Virus record (IMG/VR): IMGVR_UViG_3300006893_000010
Coordinates: 1 to 54,515 of that record
Reading direction: 5' to 3' (one strand)
DNA from: a virus
Taxonomy: Duplodnaviria > Caudoviricetes
Length of the DNA: 54,515 nucleotides
Both the position numbers and the translations under genes were made by a program. The notes beneath the pieces are model-generated. The model did no database searches, was not told where the DNA came from, and saw only the letters and a list, made by a program, of their open reading frames with translations. Shown in pieces: positions 1 to 8,846 of this stretch (position 1 is its first letter; each line of letters opens with the position of its first letter).

Positions 1-79
1 AATCAGATGGTGTGAGTGTAGGTGCCATGGTACACTCCCGCCCGCGGCGGAGGTGAAGCGGCGGGCGGGAGGGGGGGAC

Positions 80-117
<38 letters not shown>

Positions 118-154
118 GAAGTCGTGAGCCACGAAAATAATTCTACGAATTATC

Positions 155-183
155 TTGACAAGGTAGTGTAAGCAGAGTAAGGT
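155..183 (+). promoter_or_regulatory. sigma70-type promoter for the replication operon
   Basis: TTGACA (155-160), 17 nt spacer, TAAGGT (178-183); AT-rich sequence upstream. Confidence 0.75.
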
Positions 184-190
184 AGCTAAC

Positions 191-349
191 GTGACAAAGG
201 TAGACAAGAACGGACAAGTTAATACACAGACGGTTCACGTAGCCTTCGATAAGGCCACCGTGCGTCAAATCAAGACTATGGCCGAGTTGGCCTGTCGATC
301 ACTGAGTGCTCAAGTGGCATGGATGGTAAGGCAACAATTACGTGGTTAG
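191..349 (+). CDS. Arc/CopG-like ribbon-helix-helix regulator, 52 aa (not in the ORF track)
   Basis: Hand translation MTKVDKNGQVNTQTVHVAFDKATVRQIKTMAELACRSLSAQVAWMVRQQLRG; beta-strand then helix then RSLS..V helix, as in RHH proteins. Confidence 0.7.
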   Translation: MTKVDKNGQVNTQTVHVAFDKATVRQIKTMAELACRSLSAQVAWMVRQQLRG

Positions 350-586
350 GTGACTGCATCTCTGGTACTTCGGTGGATGCGTGTTTATGGTCGTCTGCCG
401 ATGCGAATAGCCCTTCATCACATGTGTGGCAATAACTGGTGTATTAACTTGAATCATCTTACACCTGCTACATACTTAGAGCATTCGTATCTTGATAGAC
501 ATCTCCACAAGTGGCTGACGTGGAGACAATGGAACGCATACAGAAAGAGAGTTAATCATGGCAACTCACAGAAATCGCTACGTTAA
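350..586 (+). CDS. small, possibly degenerate HNH (His-Me finger) protein
   Basis: LHHMCGNNWCINLNHL resembles the H-x-C-x-N-x-x-C-x-N-P-x-H-L HNH motif. Confidence 0.5.
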   Translation: MTASLVLRWMRVYGRLPMRIALHHMCGNNWCINLNHLTPATYLEHSYLDRHLHKWLTWRQWNAYRKRVNHGNSQKSLR

Positions 587-815
587 AGTAATCCTATTCG
601 AACCCTCCCCCACCAACCTCCAAGGCGGGGTAGTGGTAGGTCAATATGGCGAGTATCTCTTAGTCGAGCGCCCGCAACCCAAGGAGCGCAAAGCATCCGC
701 GACGACGCCCCGTAAGCGCCGGACGAAGGCGGAACTGGCGGCGGCGGCAGGAGCCACATCCAAGCCGAACGCGAAGCCTCAGCCCGCGACGGCGTTCCCA
801 CCGGCGGTGGCGTAA
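558..815 (+). CDS. hypothetical protein with a basic, low-complexity C-terminus
   Basis: TAATG coupling to the next gene; upstream AAGAGAG. Confidence 0.6.
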   Translation: MATHRNRYVKVILFEPSPTNLQGGVVVGQYGEYLLVERPQPKERKASATTPRKRRTKAELAAAAGATSKPNAKPQPATAFPPAVA

Positions 816-1858
816 TGGCGCGCTCAGGACTCGTGTACGGTGACACTGGAACATTCAAGACGACCGCCATCGCTCACCTCGCGCGCTACATCGCCGAGCG
901 CACCGGCAAGGCCACGCTCCTGTTCAGCGCCGACGGCGGCGGCTGGGGACCGTGCCAGGAGGAGATCGAGGCGGGGATGATCCGCCCCTATCGCTGTGAC
1001 ACGGCGGTGATCCCGCTCCCTATCCTCCGCAAAGTGTCTCAGGGGTATTGGCCGTCGAACCCGGAGCAAACGGACATCTCGCAAGTAGACTTCATCCCCG
1101 TGAACTGGAACGAGGTCGGCGGTATCGCGGTCGAAGGCGTCACCTCCATCGGCACCATGCTAATGCGTCACCTCGCGGACAAGAATCTGAAGACCGGCGA
1201 GGAAGCCACCTCTCCGTTCCGTATGCCGATTCGCGTGGACGGTCAAGTCCGGGAGGAGACTTTCGCGGGGAACTCACGCGGGCACTACGCCTTCTGCCAA
1301 AACCAGCTCTACGGCCTTATCATGAACTTCGGCTCGCTCCCTGTGGAATACTTCCTTCTCACAGGCCACGACAAAAAGACGGAGGACGGCGACCGGCAGA
1401 CGGTCGGCGGCGTCTCAGCTCCAGGGAAGGCCATCTCGGCCCTCATCCCGACATGGATCGGCGATTGCATCCACGCGCAGGACTACCAGGTGGAGCGCAC
1501 GACGCAGATGCAGAAGATGGGTGGTAAGCCGGGAGAGATGGAAGTCGTATCGACCATCGACACGGTATGCCGCTACTACTTCAAGAAGCACCGCGATCCG
1601 GTCACCGGGATCGTCTACCCCGCGAAGCCGCGCGTGACGCATGGCGCGGTCGCCAAGCTCGACAAGATCTACCCGGACGGATTCTTCGTGCCGACGCCGG
1701 ACCACGGATTCGACGACTACCTGCGGAATCTGGATAAGCTGGCAGTGGAGTCGGGGAGCAACGAGAGCCTTAAAGGATGGCGTGAACGTGCCGACTCCAA
1801 ACTTGGACGCGGCAGGGTGACAGCGCCCACACCCACAGAGTTAACCGCAACAAAATAA
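815..1858 (+). CDS. P-loop ATPase, Sak4-like/AAA_24 single-strand annealing protein
   Basis: N-terminal Walker A GDTGTFKT, Walker B-like IAVEG, LLTGH motif; sits directly before an SSB-like gene. Confidence 0.7.
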   Translation: MARSGLVYGDTGTFKTTAIAHLARYIAERTGKATLLFSADGGGWGPCQEEIEAGMIRPYRCDTAVIPLPILRKVSQGYWPSNPEQTDISQVDFIPVNWNEVGGIAVEGVTSIGTMLMRHLADKNLKTGEEATSPFRMPIRVDGQVREETFAGNSRGHYAFCQNQLYGLIMNFGSLPVEYFLLTGHDKKTEDGDRQTVGGVSAPGKAISALIPTWIGDCIHAQDYQVERTTQMQKMGGKPGEMEVVSTIDTVCRYYFKKHRDPVTGIVYPAKPRVTHGAVAKLDKIYPDGFFVPTPDHGFDDYLRNLDKLAVESGSNESLKGWRERADSKLGRGRVTAPTPTELTATK

Positions 1859-1871
1859 AAAGGAGAATATC

Positions 1872-2639
1872 ATGGCTGGAGAATTCGGAGTAGTCACGTA
1901 TGAGCACGACGCTGCTGCACCTGTTGACGCTCAGCCCTCACCCGGCGAGCCGCAACAGCTAATCGACCCCAACGACCCTCGACTCACCTCGGAAGTCATC
2001 ACCGTGAATCCCGACGCGGATGCGTATGCGGTCCTGCCGCCGCTCCCCGACGGCAAATGGCGCGCCAAGGCCAAGCAGGTGGATATCAAGGACGACAAGG
2101 GCCAGCCCCAACGCTACGCCGTCTTCTCGCGCGCCAAGATGGCCAACGGAGCGCCCTTCTTCGCCACCAATATCGAATACTCGATCATCGACCATTCGGG
2201 CGAGTTCGATGGCGTCCGGCTGACCGACTACTGGGTTAAGACTCTGGTGGACGCTCGCAAGGGCACGTCGCAGGCGGCTACGATCACCGGCAAGCTGGGC
2301 GGCAAGGTTCCGGCTAGCGGCAACCAGAAGACCTACATGGACGCCCTGCTGGCTACGTTGGCCTCGGAGCCGGAACTCATATGGGAGACGGCTTGGTCGG
2401 CGGAGTGCCAGCACTGCCAGGAGGTAGCGAAGAAGAAGGGCGACCGCGCTCCGCGACCGTTCCTGCAAGGTATGCACCGCTTTCCTACGACCAAGGTTCC
2501 GGGGGTACACGACCCGATGGTCAAGTGTACGGGATGCGGGCAGATGGTGCGGGCGCAGGCTCGGCTGGTGGCTCCGTTCTCGCTGAAGGAAGCGCAGCCG
2601 ACGCGTGGGACGGGAACGACGCAGAAGAAGCCTGCTTAG
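1872..2639 (+). CDS. putative ssDNA-binding protein (DUF669-like) with Zn-ribbon
   Basis: AGGAG RBS; PLPDGKW motif followed by beta strands; CxxC..CxxC; position after the Sak4-like gene. Confidence 0.5.
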   Translation: MAGEFGVVTYEHDAAAPVDAQPSPGEPQQLIDPNDPRLTSEVITVNPDADAYAVLPPLPDGKWRAKAKQVDIKDDKGQPQRYAVFSRAKMANGAPFFATNIEYSIIDHSGEFDGVRLTDYWVKTLVDARKGTSQAATITGKLGGKVPASGNQKTYMDALLATLASEPELIWETAWSAECQHCQEVAKKKGDRAPRPFLQGMHRFPTTKVPGVHDPMVKCTGCGQMVRAQARLVAPFSLKEAQPTRGTGTTQKKPA

Positions 2640-2705
2640 AGTGTGGTACCACAGGGGCGGGATGAACCGACGCCCGCCCACATCTACTGAAGGAGTGTAA
2701 CGTCG

Positions 2706-2903
2706 ATGTCTACATCTACTGCAGTAGCTACACTAGCCAAGTACCGCAAGCTCCCAGCGCTGACGTGGACGACTCAGCGTAACCTGTCGCAGGCAAGCAA
2801 GGAGGGCCGCTGCGCCCGCCTCACCGGCCATACGCTGATCGTCAAGGGTGACCGTATAGAGTGTCAGGCGTGTGGCGCGGCGTGGAAAAATGAGGGATTT
2901 TGA
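2706..2903 (+). CDS. small Zn-ribbon hypothetical protein
   Basis: AAGGAG RBS; C..H..CQAC. Confidence 0.6.
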   Translation: MSTSTAVATLAKYRKLPALTWTTQRNLSQASKEGRCARLTGHTLIVKGDRIECQACGAAWKNEGF

Positions 2904-2906
2904 ATA

Positions 2907-3113
2907 ATGACCTACCATCCCCTAACTCGCGAGTCTGGTGGTGATGAGAACTCACGCTGCATGGAAGCACGCGACATTTGTCGCATGTTGGAAGAGTTCA
3001 GCGATGAGATGTCGCCACGTGAGAAAGACTTTATTGAGTCGATGACCGACTGTGACTACTGTACGACGAAGCAACTATTCTACCTACGAGATATTAAGGA
3101 CAGGTACGTATGA
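2907..3113 (+). CDS. hypothetical protein
   Basis: Tightly packed in the operon; MSPREKDFIESM...KQLFYL pattern of small phage proteins. Confidence 0.6.
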   Translation: MTYHPLTRESGGDENSRCMEARDICRMLEEFSDEMSPREKDFIESMTDCDYCTTKQLFYLRDIKDRYV

Positions 3114-3114
3114 T

Positions 3115-3432
3115 ATGGGCCGCCGTGCTCCCATCGTCGTCCCTACGCGATGCTTCCACGGACATAAACTAACCGAGTTCACCACCGTGTGGGACTCCAG
3201 GAGAGCATGGCGATGTCGGATATGCAAGAACAGAGCGAACCGGAAGTGGAGGCAACGGAGGAAGTCGAAGCAGGTGCTGGCACATCAGTGGATGCACTGG
3301 GCGACGAAACGCAAAGCGCAGCGGCAGCCGAACCTACTATCCCTTGTGAGTTTACCTGCGGGGTTGCAGGTTCGGGGAAGACATGGTACTGGCGCGAGCG
3401 TATCGCCGCGGACCCCTCCGACGGAATCCTAG
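3115..3432 (+). CDS. HNH-associated Zn-binding-like protein overlapping the helicase start
   Basis: TRCFHGH...RCRIC motif, like the C-terminal domain of phage HNH proteins; ATG 1 nt after the previous stop. Confidence 0.4.
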   Translation: MGRRAPIVVPTRCFHGHKLTEFTTVWDSRRAWRCRICKNRANRKWRQRRKSKQVLAHQWMHWATKRKAQRQPNLLSLVSLPAGLQVRGRHGTGASVSPRTPPTES

Positions 3433-4589
3433 CCGCCACAACCGGGATCGCTGCGGTCAACCTCGGTACGACTACTCTTAACTCCCTGCTCAAGTTTTTC
3501 GACACGGATTCCCTCCGCGACGCCTATCTCAACGGCTCCCTCGTCCGTCGGCTGAAAGAGATCCGCGAGGACTACCGCCGCATCGTGATCGACGAAGTGT
3601 CGATGATGGACGGCGACCAACTCGGGATACTGGTCCGCGCGGCGCTGGAATGTAACTCCTGGCTGTCGCCGAAGCACGCCCCGCCTCTGGGACTCACACT
3701 TGTCGGAGACTTCGCGCAACTCCCTCCCGTTCGCGCCAAGTGGGCCTTCGAGTCGGACGAGTGGTGGCGCTTCGAGGCCGCGACGACGCGCCTGACGAAG
3801 GTGTGGAGACAAGGCGCGGGATCGTTCTTGGATGCGTTGAACATGACGCGATCTGGAGACGGCAGTGGTGCCGCCGAGTTATTGTCACAGCAGGGCCTTG
3901 AATGGCATTCCTACTTGGATACTAATTTCGATGGTACCACTATCGTAAGTAAAAATGACCAAGTGGATCGGTATAACGGGATGGCCCTAGACCGTCTCCC
4001 TGGCGCGACCTTTACTCTCTTGAATCGCCGATGGGGCAAGCAGCGCGGCGAGTGGAAGCAGGTGCCGGATCGAGTGACGCTAAAGGTCGGTGCGTATGTG
4101 ATGCTGCTCGCGAACGCATACGACGACGAAGGCGACATGCTTTACGCCAACGGAGATTGCGGTCATATTGTATCGTGGCTCGGCGGTACGTTGGGCGTTG
4201 AGTTAGTGCGTAACGGTGTGACGGTAGACGTATATAAGATACGTAGAGACGTTGGACCTAAGGACAAGCCTGCCTCGTGGGACAAGACGATGGGGCACGG
4301 CGAGTGGCTCCCGCGACCGCACTGGATGCCGGACAAGAAGCGGTTCGTAGAGGGACAGGTGGAGATGTGGCCTATACGGCTGGCGTATGCGTCTACCGTG
4401 CATCGCAGCCAAGGACTAAGTTTGGATCGTGTGCAATTTGATTGTCGTGATCATTTCGCAGGCCAGCCGGCGATGTGCTACGTCGCAATGTCTAGGGCTA
4501 GAACCCTACAAGGCTTACGCATGGTGGGGCAACGAGAACGGTTCATTCGTCAATGCAACATAGATCCTCGTGTCAGGCCGTGGCTATGA
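3207..4589 (+). CDS. Pif1/RecD-like superfamily 1B DNA helicase
   Basis: GVAGSGKT, ATTGIAA, IDEVSM, GDFAQLPPV, LTKVWRQ, LAYASTVHRSQGLSL, YVAMSRA; start chosen after GGAG. Confidence 0.93.
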   Translation: MAMSDMQEQSEPEVEATEEVEAGAGTSVDALGDETQSAAAAEPTIPCEFTCGVAGSGKTWYWRERIAADPSDGILAATTGIAAVNLGTTTLNSLLKFFDTDSLRDAYLNGSLVRRLKEIREDYRRIVIDEVSMMDGDQLGILVRAALECNSWLSPKHAPPLGLTLVGDFAQLPPVRAKWAFESDEWWRFEAATTRLTKVWRQGAGSFLDALNMTRSGDGSGAAELLSQQGLEWHSYLDTNFDGTTIVSKNDQVDRYNGMALDRLPGATFTLLNRRWGKQRGEWKQVPDRVTLKVGAYVMLLANAYDDEGDMLYANGDCGHIVSWLGGTLGVELVRNGVTVDVYKIRRDVGPKDKPASWDKTMGHGEWLPRPHWMPDKKRFVEGQVEMWPIRLAYASTVHRSQGLSLDRVQFDCRDHFAGQPAMCYVAMSRARTLQGLRMVGQRERFIRQCNIDPRVRPWL

Positions 4590-4663
4590 GGGCCAAACCC
4601 TCATCCTGTGATGGCTGTTACTCTCACGGGACCGTGGACAGGCGGGCAGTATGTTGGGTATAA
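4586..4663 (+). pseudogene. truncated remnant of the original DNA polymerase 5' end
   Basis: ATGA-coupled to the helicase; MRAKPSSCDGCYSHGT parallels the polymerase N-terminus MARSKPKSCEGCACYNHGS. Confidence 0.65.
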
Positions 4664-4664
4664 T
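4635..4664 (+). promoter_or_regulatory. promoter of the homing endonuclease
   Basis: TGGACA, 18 nt spacer, TATAAT; ATG follows at 4671. Confidence 0.55.
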
Positions 4665-4670
4665 ACAGCC

Positions 4671-5225
4671 ATGACCAAGAAGGAATATCAAGACGGGCTG
4701 TTCGCAACCAGAACTAGCGCAGGCATTCGCGCTAAACAAGATTTAGATGCATACTTGGCGGGCTTCTTTGACGGCGAGGGACACATATCTATGCGTCGCG
4801 ATCCGCGTCGACCTTGGGCGGTGTATGTAGAAGTAGGTGCTACTCAAGTGTGTCGAGGGCCGCTAGAGTTACTAGTCAAGGCATACGGCGGAAACATCAT
4901 CAAGAAGGCTGTGGGTAAGAACAACGTTCAAGTCTGTTACGCGTGGAAGTGTGGAGAAAGCAAGAATGCTTTTTGGGCGCTATGGCGTATGCTTCCGTGG
5001 TTGATCGTCAAGCGAGCTAAGGCACGAGCTGCAGTTATAGTTCTACAAAACCGTCCACTTAATTGTGTGGGCGGCCAGATATCCTCCCACCAGAAGATGG
5101 CAATCACGAAAGCATTAAAGGGGTTTCACGTCATAAAGGCAGAGGAGAAGCGGTGGCAAGGTCGAAACCAAAATCGTGTGAAGGCTGCGCTTGCTACAAC
5201 CATGGATCAGATTTCTCAGCCGTAA
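4671..5225 (+). mobile_element. free-standing LAGLIDADG homing endonuclease gene
   Basis: YLAGFFDGEGHI motif, ...PWLIVKR; lower GC than the flanks. Confidence 0.9.
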
Positions 5226-8011
5226 CTGGAACTGGTTCGTTGGGTGTAATGATAGTCGCAGAGGCTTCAGGAGAACAGGAAGCAAGAGAACAGCGTCCGC
5301 TTGTTGAGTACGCGCCCGCTGGTTCCCTCCTCGAACGCACGTTCAAACGGATGGGCTACTCCCGCGCCCAGTTCTCCCTCACCAATACCCTCCGTTGTCG
5401 TCCCGCCCGCAACTGGCTGTCCGGCGCGCCGTGGGAGTTCTCTGCGCTCAATCATTGCCGCCCGAACCTCGATGCCGCGATCCGCGACCGGCGACCGCGA
5501 GCGATCCTGGCGCTAGGAGATACGGCGACACGGGAGCTGACCGGCGAGGCAGGGGAGGCTAGAGGCGTATCTCACCTTTGCGGCTATGTCCTTCCGACCT
5601 ATCAGCAAGTACCGGAGCCATGTACCGAGTCTGACTGTGTGATGACGGGCGCGGCGCGGCCCGATTGCTTCATGTGCGGTGGTAGTGGGATCAGCGGGAC
5701 CCAGAATGCACCAGCACAGAACGCAATCCCTGTGATACCAGCGTTCCACCCAAGTTTTATCAGGCGTGGCGCGGCTCACCTACAAGGGATATTCGCTCGC
5801 CATCTACAACGCGCCGTCAACGTCGCTGCGGGCAAGGACCACGAATGGATATGGGGCATCGACCCTGAAAGGAGTGAGACGTATGGATCCCTCAGATACT
5901 CGCTACATCCTAGCCTTGACGAGGCTGAACAATACACACAACGAATTGAGGCGGGATCAGGATACGTTGTCAGCTACGATATTGAGACTTTCGAGAGCGC
6001 AAGCCTCGATGAAGATGCTAGAGATGGATTTACCGACACTCGAATACGCCTCGTTCAATTCTCAACTGGCGCAGGTGGTGGTATTGCTTTCCCATGGGAG
6101 GGCAGGTATCGAGAACTTGCTGGACGAATTCTGCGTACCCCCAACGTCAAGTGCGGCCACAACCTCTGGCTCTTCGACAACAAAGTCCTCGAAGCCTGCG
6201 GCCTCCGCGAGGGACTGGACCTCACGCCGCGAGGAGTGATCCACGACACCCTCCAGATGTTCCACCACTGGCAGCCGGACCTCCCCGCCCATCTCCAGTT
6301 CGCAGCGCAGTTCGTGCAGTTCCCGTTCCCATGGAAGCATCTCGCCGCGACGAACCTGGAGTTCTATGGTTGCGTAGACGTGGACGCTACGCTACGCCTC
6401 TATGAGTTCCTGCTCGGAGCGCTCAAGAAGGACGGAATCTACGACTCTCCGTATGACGCGCAGGGGGATTGCGTCGGTGGGTATGTCGGCCAGGTGCAAC
6501 AGGTGAGGCCGATCCTGGCCGCGATGGAGCGCCGTGGACTCCCCGTGGACGACGCTGAGCGGCTGAAGCTGGACGGCGAGTTCGACCTGGCGCAACAGGA
6601 GCTGGGCAACAATCTCGACAGGAGGTTCCCCGATGAAGCACGTTCAATACATCCTAAACTTGGTTACAAGCGCGATCCAGTGGATACTGGTGGTCTCGTG
6701 CGCCACGATTTTGTGGTTGCTGGCATTGGTGGTGATGGTAATCCTTGTGATACCAGCGTATCTCGATGGTGTCGGCTGGAACCCTTCCTCCCGAACTCCG
6801 GGAAGCAACTCATCCGGTACATGAAGGTCAAGGGACACAAAGTCCCTAAGTCCCGTGAGCAGAACGCTGATGGCAACGACAAAGACACGACGGGGAAGAA
6901 AGAGTTAGTCCGCCTCGCGCATCGCACCGGCGACGACTTCTACCTCAAGGTGATCGAGTATCGGGAGTTGGGTAAGGCGCGCGGGACATACATTGAGGGA
7001 TTTAAGCCCCACGATGATGGATTCGTGCACACGACGTTCACCTTTGATACAGGCATAGGCCAGCTATCGTCCCGAAATCCAAACATTCAGAATTTTTTGA
7101 AGCATGGCCGTCTAGCCAAGGCCGTCCGGCGTATGATCGCCGCTAAGGAGGGATATGTCCTCACCGAATGGGACTACAAGTCGTGCCACGTTCTCACGCT
7201 GGGATTTCTGGCTGAGGATGCTAATTATATCCGTTGCGCCCGCATTGACATGCATTCCATTGTTACCGGACACAAGCTCGGACTGTGGCACGCTCTTGAA
7301 CTCCTCCGAGACCACGACGACGCCTACATCCGCACCAAGTGTCAATGGCTGAAGTCCAATCCCGAGTGGAAGCACATCCGCGACGCTCGTATGAAGCACG
7401 CTATCCTCGGCATCGGCAACGGGCTGAAGGCGCGCGGCCTCTACGAGAAGCACATGGAGGATTTCAGCGGAGTCAAGGAGGCACAGTCGTTCCTCGATGT
7501 CGTCGAAGCGTTGTTCCCACGCGTCTTCGAGTGGCACAAGACGGTGCAGCAGCGCGCACACGACCAACAATTCCAGCGTACTGAATACGGCCACATGCGG
7601 AGGTTCTATGAGGTATTCCGGTGGGATTATAAAAAGGCTGCTTACTCGCATGGGGATCAGGCGGAAGAAGCCATCTCCTATCACCTTTCTAATATTGCGT
7701 TTGGTTACATCCGAGAGCATATTAAGCTACTGGAGAGAGCTGGTCTCAACAAGCGCTATGGGCTGTGCAACAACGTACACGATTCTCTCGTCTTCCACTT
7801 CCCAGCAACCTTACTTGACGAGCACGTGCGTGAGGTATATCCACTCCTCGTCCGACCATCGGCGGTGCTGCGACATCCCACGATAGCGCCGGACGGGCTG
7901 TGGCTCGACGCGGAATGCAACGCTGGGCGTGACTGGAGTTCGATGGATGAGGTTCCGATTGCTAAGACTATGGCACAGGTGGCGGATACGCCACTCGTTG
8001 CGGGGGCGTAA
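5153..8011 (+). CDS. family A DNA polymerase with N-terminal uracil-DNA-glycosylase-like domain and 3'-5' exonuclease
   Basis: UDG-like IVAEASG, TNTLRCRP, FHPSF; exonuclease YDIET, GHN..FD, YGCVD; polymerase LSSRNPNIQN, motif A WDY, motif C VHDS; GTG start after AGAGGAG. Confidence 0.9.
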   Translation: MARSKPKSCEGCACYNHGSDFSAVTGTGSLGVMIVAEASGEQEAREQRPLVEYAPAGSLLERTFKRMGYSRAQFSLTNTLRCRPARNWLSGAPWEFSALNHCRPNLDAAIRDRRPRAILALGDTATRELTGEAGEARGVSHLCGYVLPTYQQVPEPCTESDCVMTGAARPDCFMCGGSGISGTQNAPAQNAIPVIPAFHPSFIRRGAAHLQGIFARHLQRAVNVAAGKDHEWIWGIDPERSETYGSLRYSLHPSLDEAEQYTQRIEAGSGYVVSYDIETFESASLDEDARDGFTDTRIRLVQFSTGAGGGIAFPWEGRYRELAGRILRTPNVKCGHNLWLFDNKVLEACGLREGLDLTPRGVIHDTLQMFHHWQPDLPAHLQFAAQFVQFPFPWKHLAATNLEFYGCVDVDATLRLYEFLLGALKKDGIYDSPYDAQGDCVGGYVGQVQQVRPILAAMERRGLPVDDAERLKLDGEFDLAQQELGNNLDRRFPDEARSIHPKLGYKRDPVDTGGLVRHDFVVAGIGGDGNPCDTSVSRWCRLEPFLPNSGKQLIRYMKVKGHKVPKSREQNADGNDKDTTGKKELVRLAHRTGDDFYLKVIEYRELGKARGTYIEGFKPHDDGFVHTTFTFDTGIGQLSSRNPNIQNFLKHGRLAKAVRRMIAAKEGYVLTEWDYKSCHVLTLGFLAEDANYIRCARIDMHSIVTGHKLGLWHALELLRDHDDAYIRTKCQWLKSNPEWKHIRDARMKHAILGIGNGLKARGLYEKHMEDFSGVKEAQSFLDVVEALFPRVFEWHKTVQQRAHDQQFQRTEYGHMRRFYEVFRWDYKKAAYSHGDQAEEAISYHLSNIAFGYIREHIKLLERAGLNKRYGLCNNVHDSLVFHFPATLLDEHVREVYPLLVRPSAVLRHPTIAPDGLWLDAECNAGRDWSSMDEVPIAKTMAQVADTPLVAGA

Positions 8012-8052
8012 CGCTCGCGTGCGTCAACTCCTGGAGTGGCACGACGCCGACG

Positions 8053-8835
8053 CTACTTCCACGGCCCTCCCGAATGCACGATCTTTAGGTCCGTCTGTGG
8101 ATCGTCGAGCACTGACTGCGCCATCCACACATACCCCCCAAGTCCCCAATCCTCGCCCCAGGAATTTTGAACAAGGAACGACGGCACGCTCCCCTGTGGG
8201 CGGATCGTAGGCGTCGTAGCCAAATCGCATCCTACGATCAATACTTCGTGCCCTCCCACCGGCTGCTCGCTGCTCGGGTTAGGATTATATACGCCACTCG
8301 ACGCTACGGCATCGCTCTCGAAGGAATCGAAGACCGTGAACCCAATCGCCACCGGCCATGGCACGGGATCAGCGATTACGGAATGCGCCACGTCGGAACT
8401 CGTCAATCCGTGATACGCGCCTAGCCGATACTGAGCCGCGTTCGTATCCATCGCTGGTGTGGGCTTCTGGATGATCTGACTGGAATCGGGGTAGAGTGAG
8501 TCCTCGCAACATCCGTTGGCGATAGTAACGTTCGACCCGGTGACTCCGGTAGACCCTACGTCGCTGGGGAAGTTGCCATCCGCTTGCAACTCCTTGGCGT
8601 AGAGGTAGAGAGGGCTAAGCGTGGGCTGCTTGCCGAGATACTTACGGTAGATCCACTCCATCGCGGATGCGAAGGCGTGTCCGGTGCAGGATCCGAGTTG
8701 GCCTTGGTTCTTGATAGTCCCACAGAAGGCGCGTAGATCGACTACGGGAGGTAGATTAGGGGAGACTCGGCTCAGCATCCGGTGAGGAGGGAGCGGGGCT
8801 GGGATTTTGCGACCGTAGCTGCGAAGGATTGGCAT
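8053..8835 (-). CDS. papain-family (C1) cysteine peptidase
   Basis: NQGQLGSCTGHA, GGHEV, QNSWGEDWG; ATG 8835 after AGGAG. Confidence 0.92.
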   Translation of the reverse strand: MPILRSYGRKIPAPLPPHRMLSRVSPNLPPVVDLRAFCGTIKNQGQLGSCTGHAFASAMEWIYRKYLGKQPTLSPLYLYAKELQADGNFPSDVGSTGVTGSNVTIANGCCEDSLYPDSSQIIQKPTPAMDTNAAQYRLGAYHGLTSSDVAHSVIADPVPWPVAIGFTVFDSFESDAVASSGVYNPNPSSEQPVGGHEVLIVGCDLATTPTIRPQGSVPSFLVQNSWGEDWGLGGYVWMAQSVLDDPQTDLKIVHSGGPWK

Positions 8836-8846
8836 GGTTGAATCTC

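Noticed and set aside
2655-2680. Hairpin after the SSB-like gene as an intrinsic terminator
   Set aside because: A GC stem is present but there is no U-tract, so it was not called
4590-5225. Group I intron or intein around the LAGLIDADG genes (also 30093-30608)
   Set aside because: No room for an intron core and no intein splice motifs; both are free-standing ORFs
5153-8011. Z-genome (DpoZ/PurZ) or deazaguanine modification system
   Set aside because: No purZ, datZ, dpdA/que or thymidylate-synthase-like genes recognised
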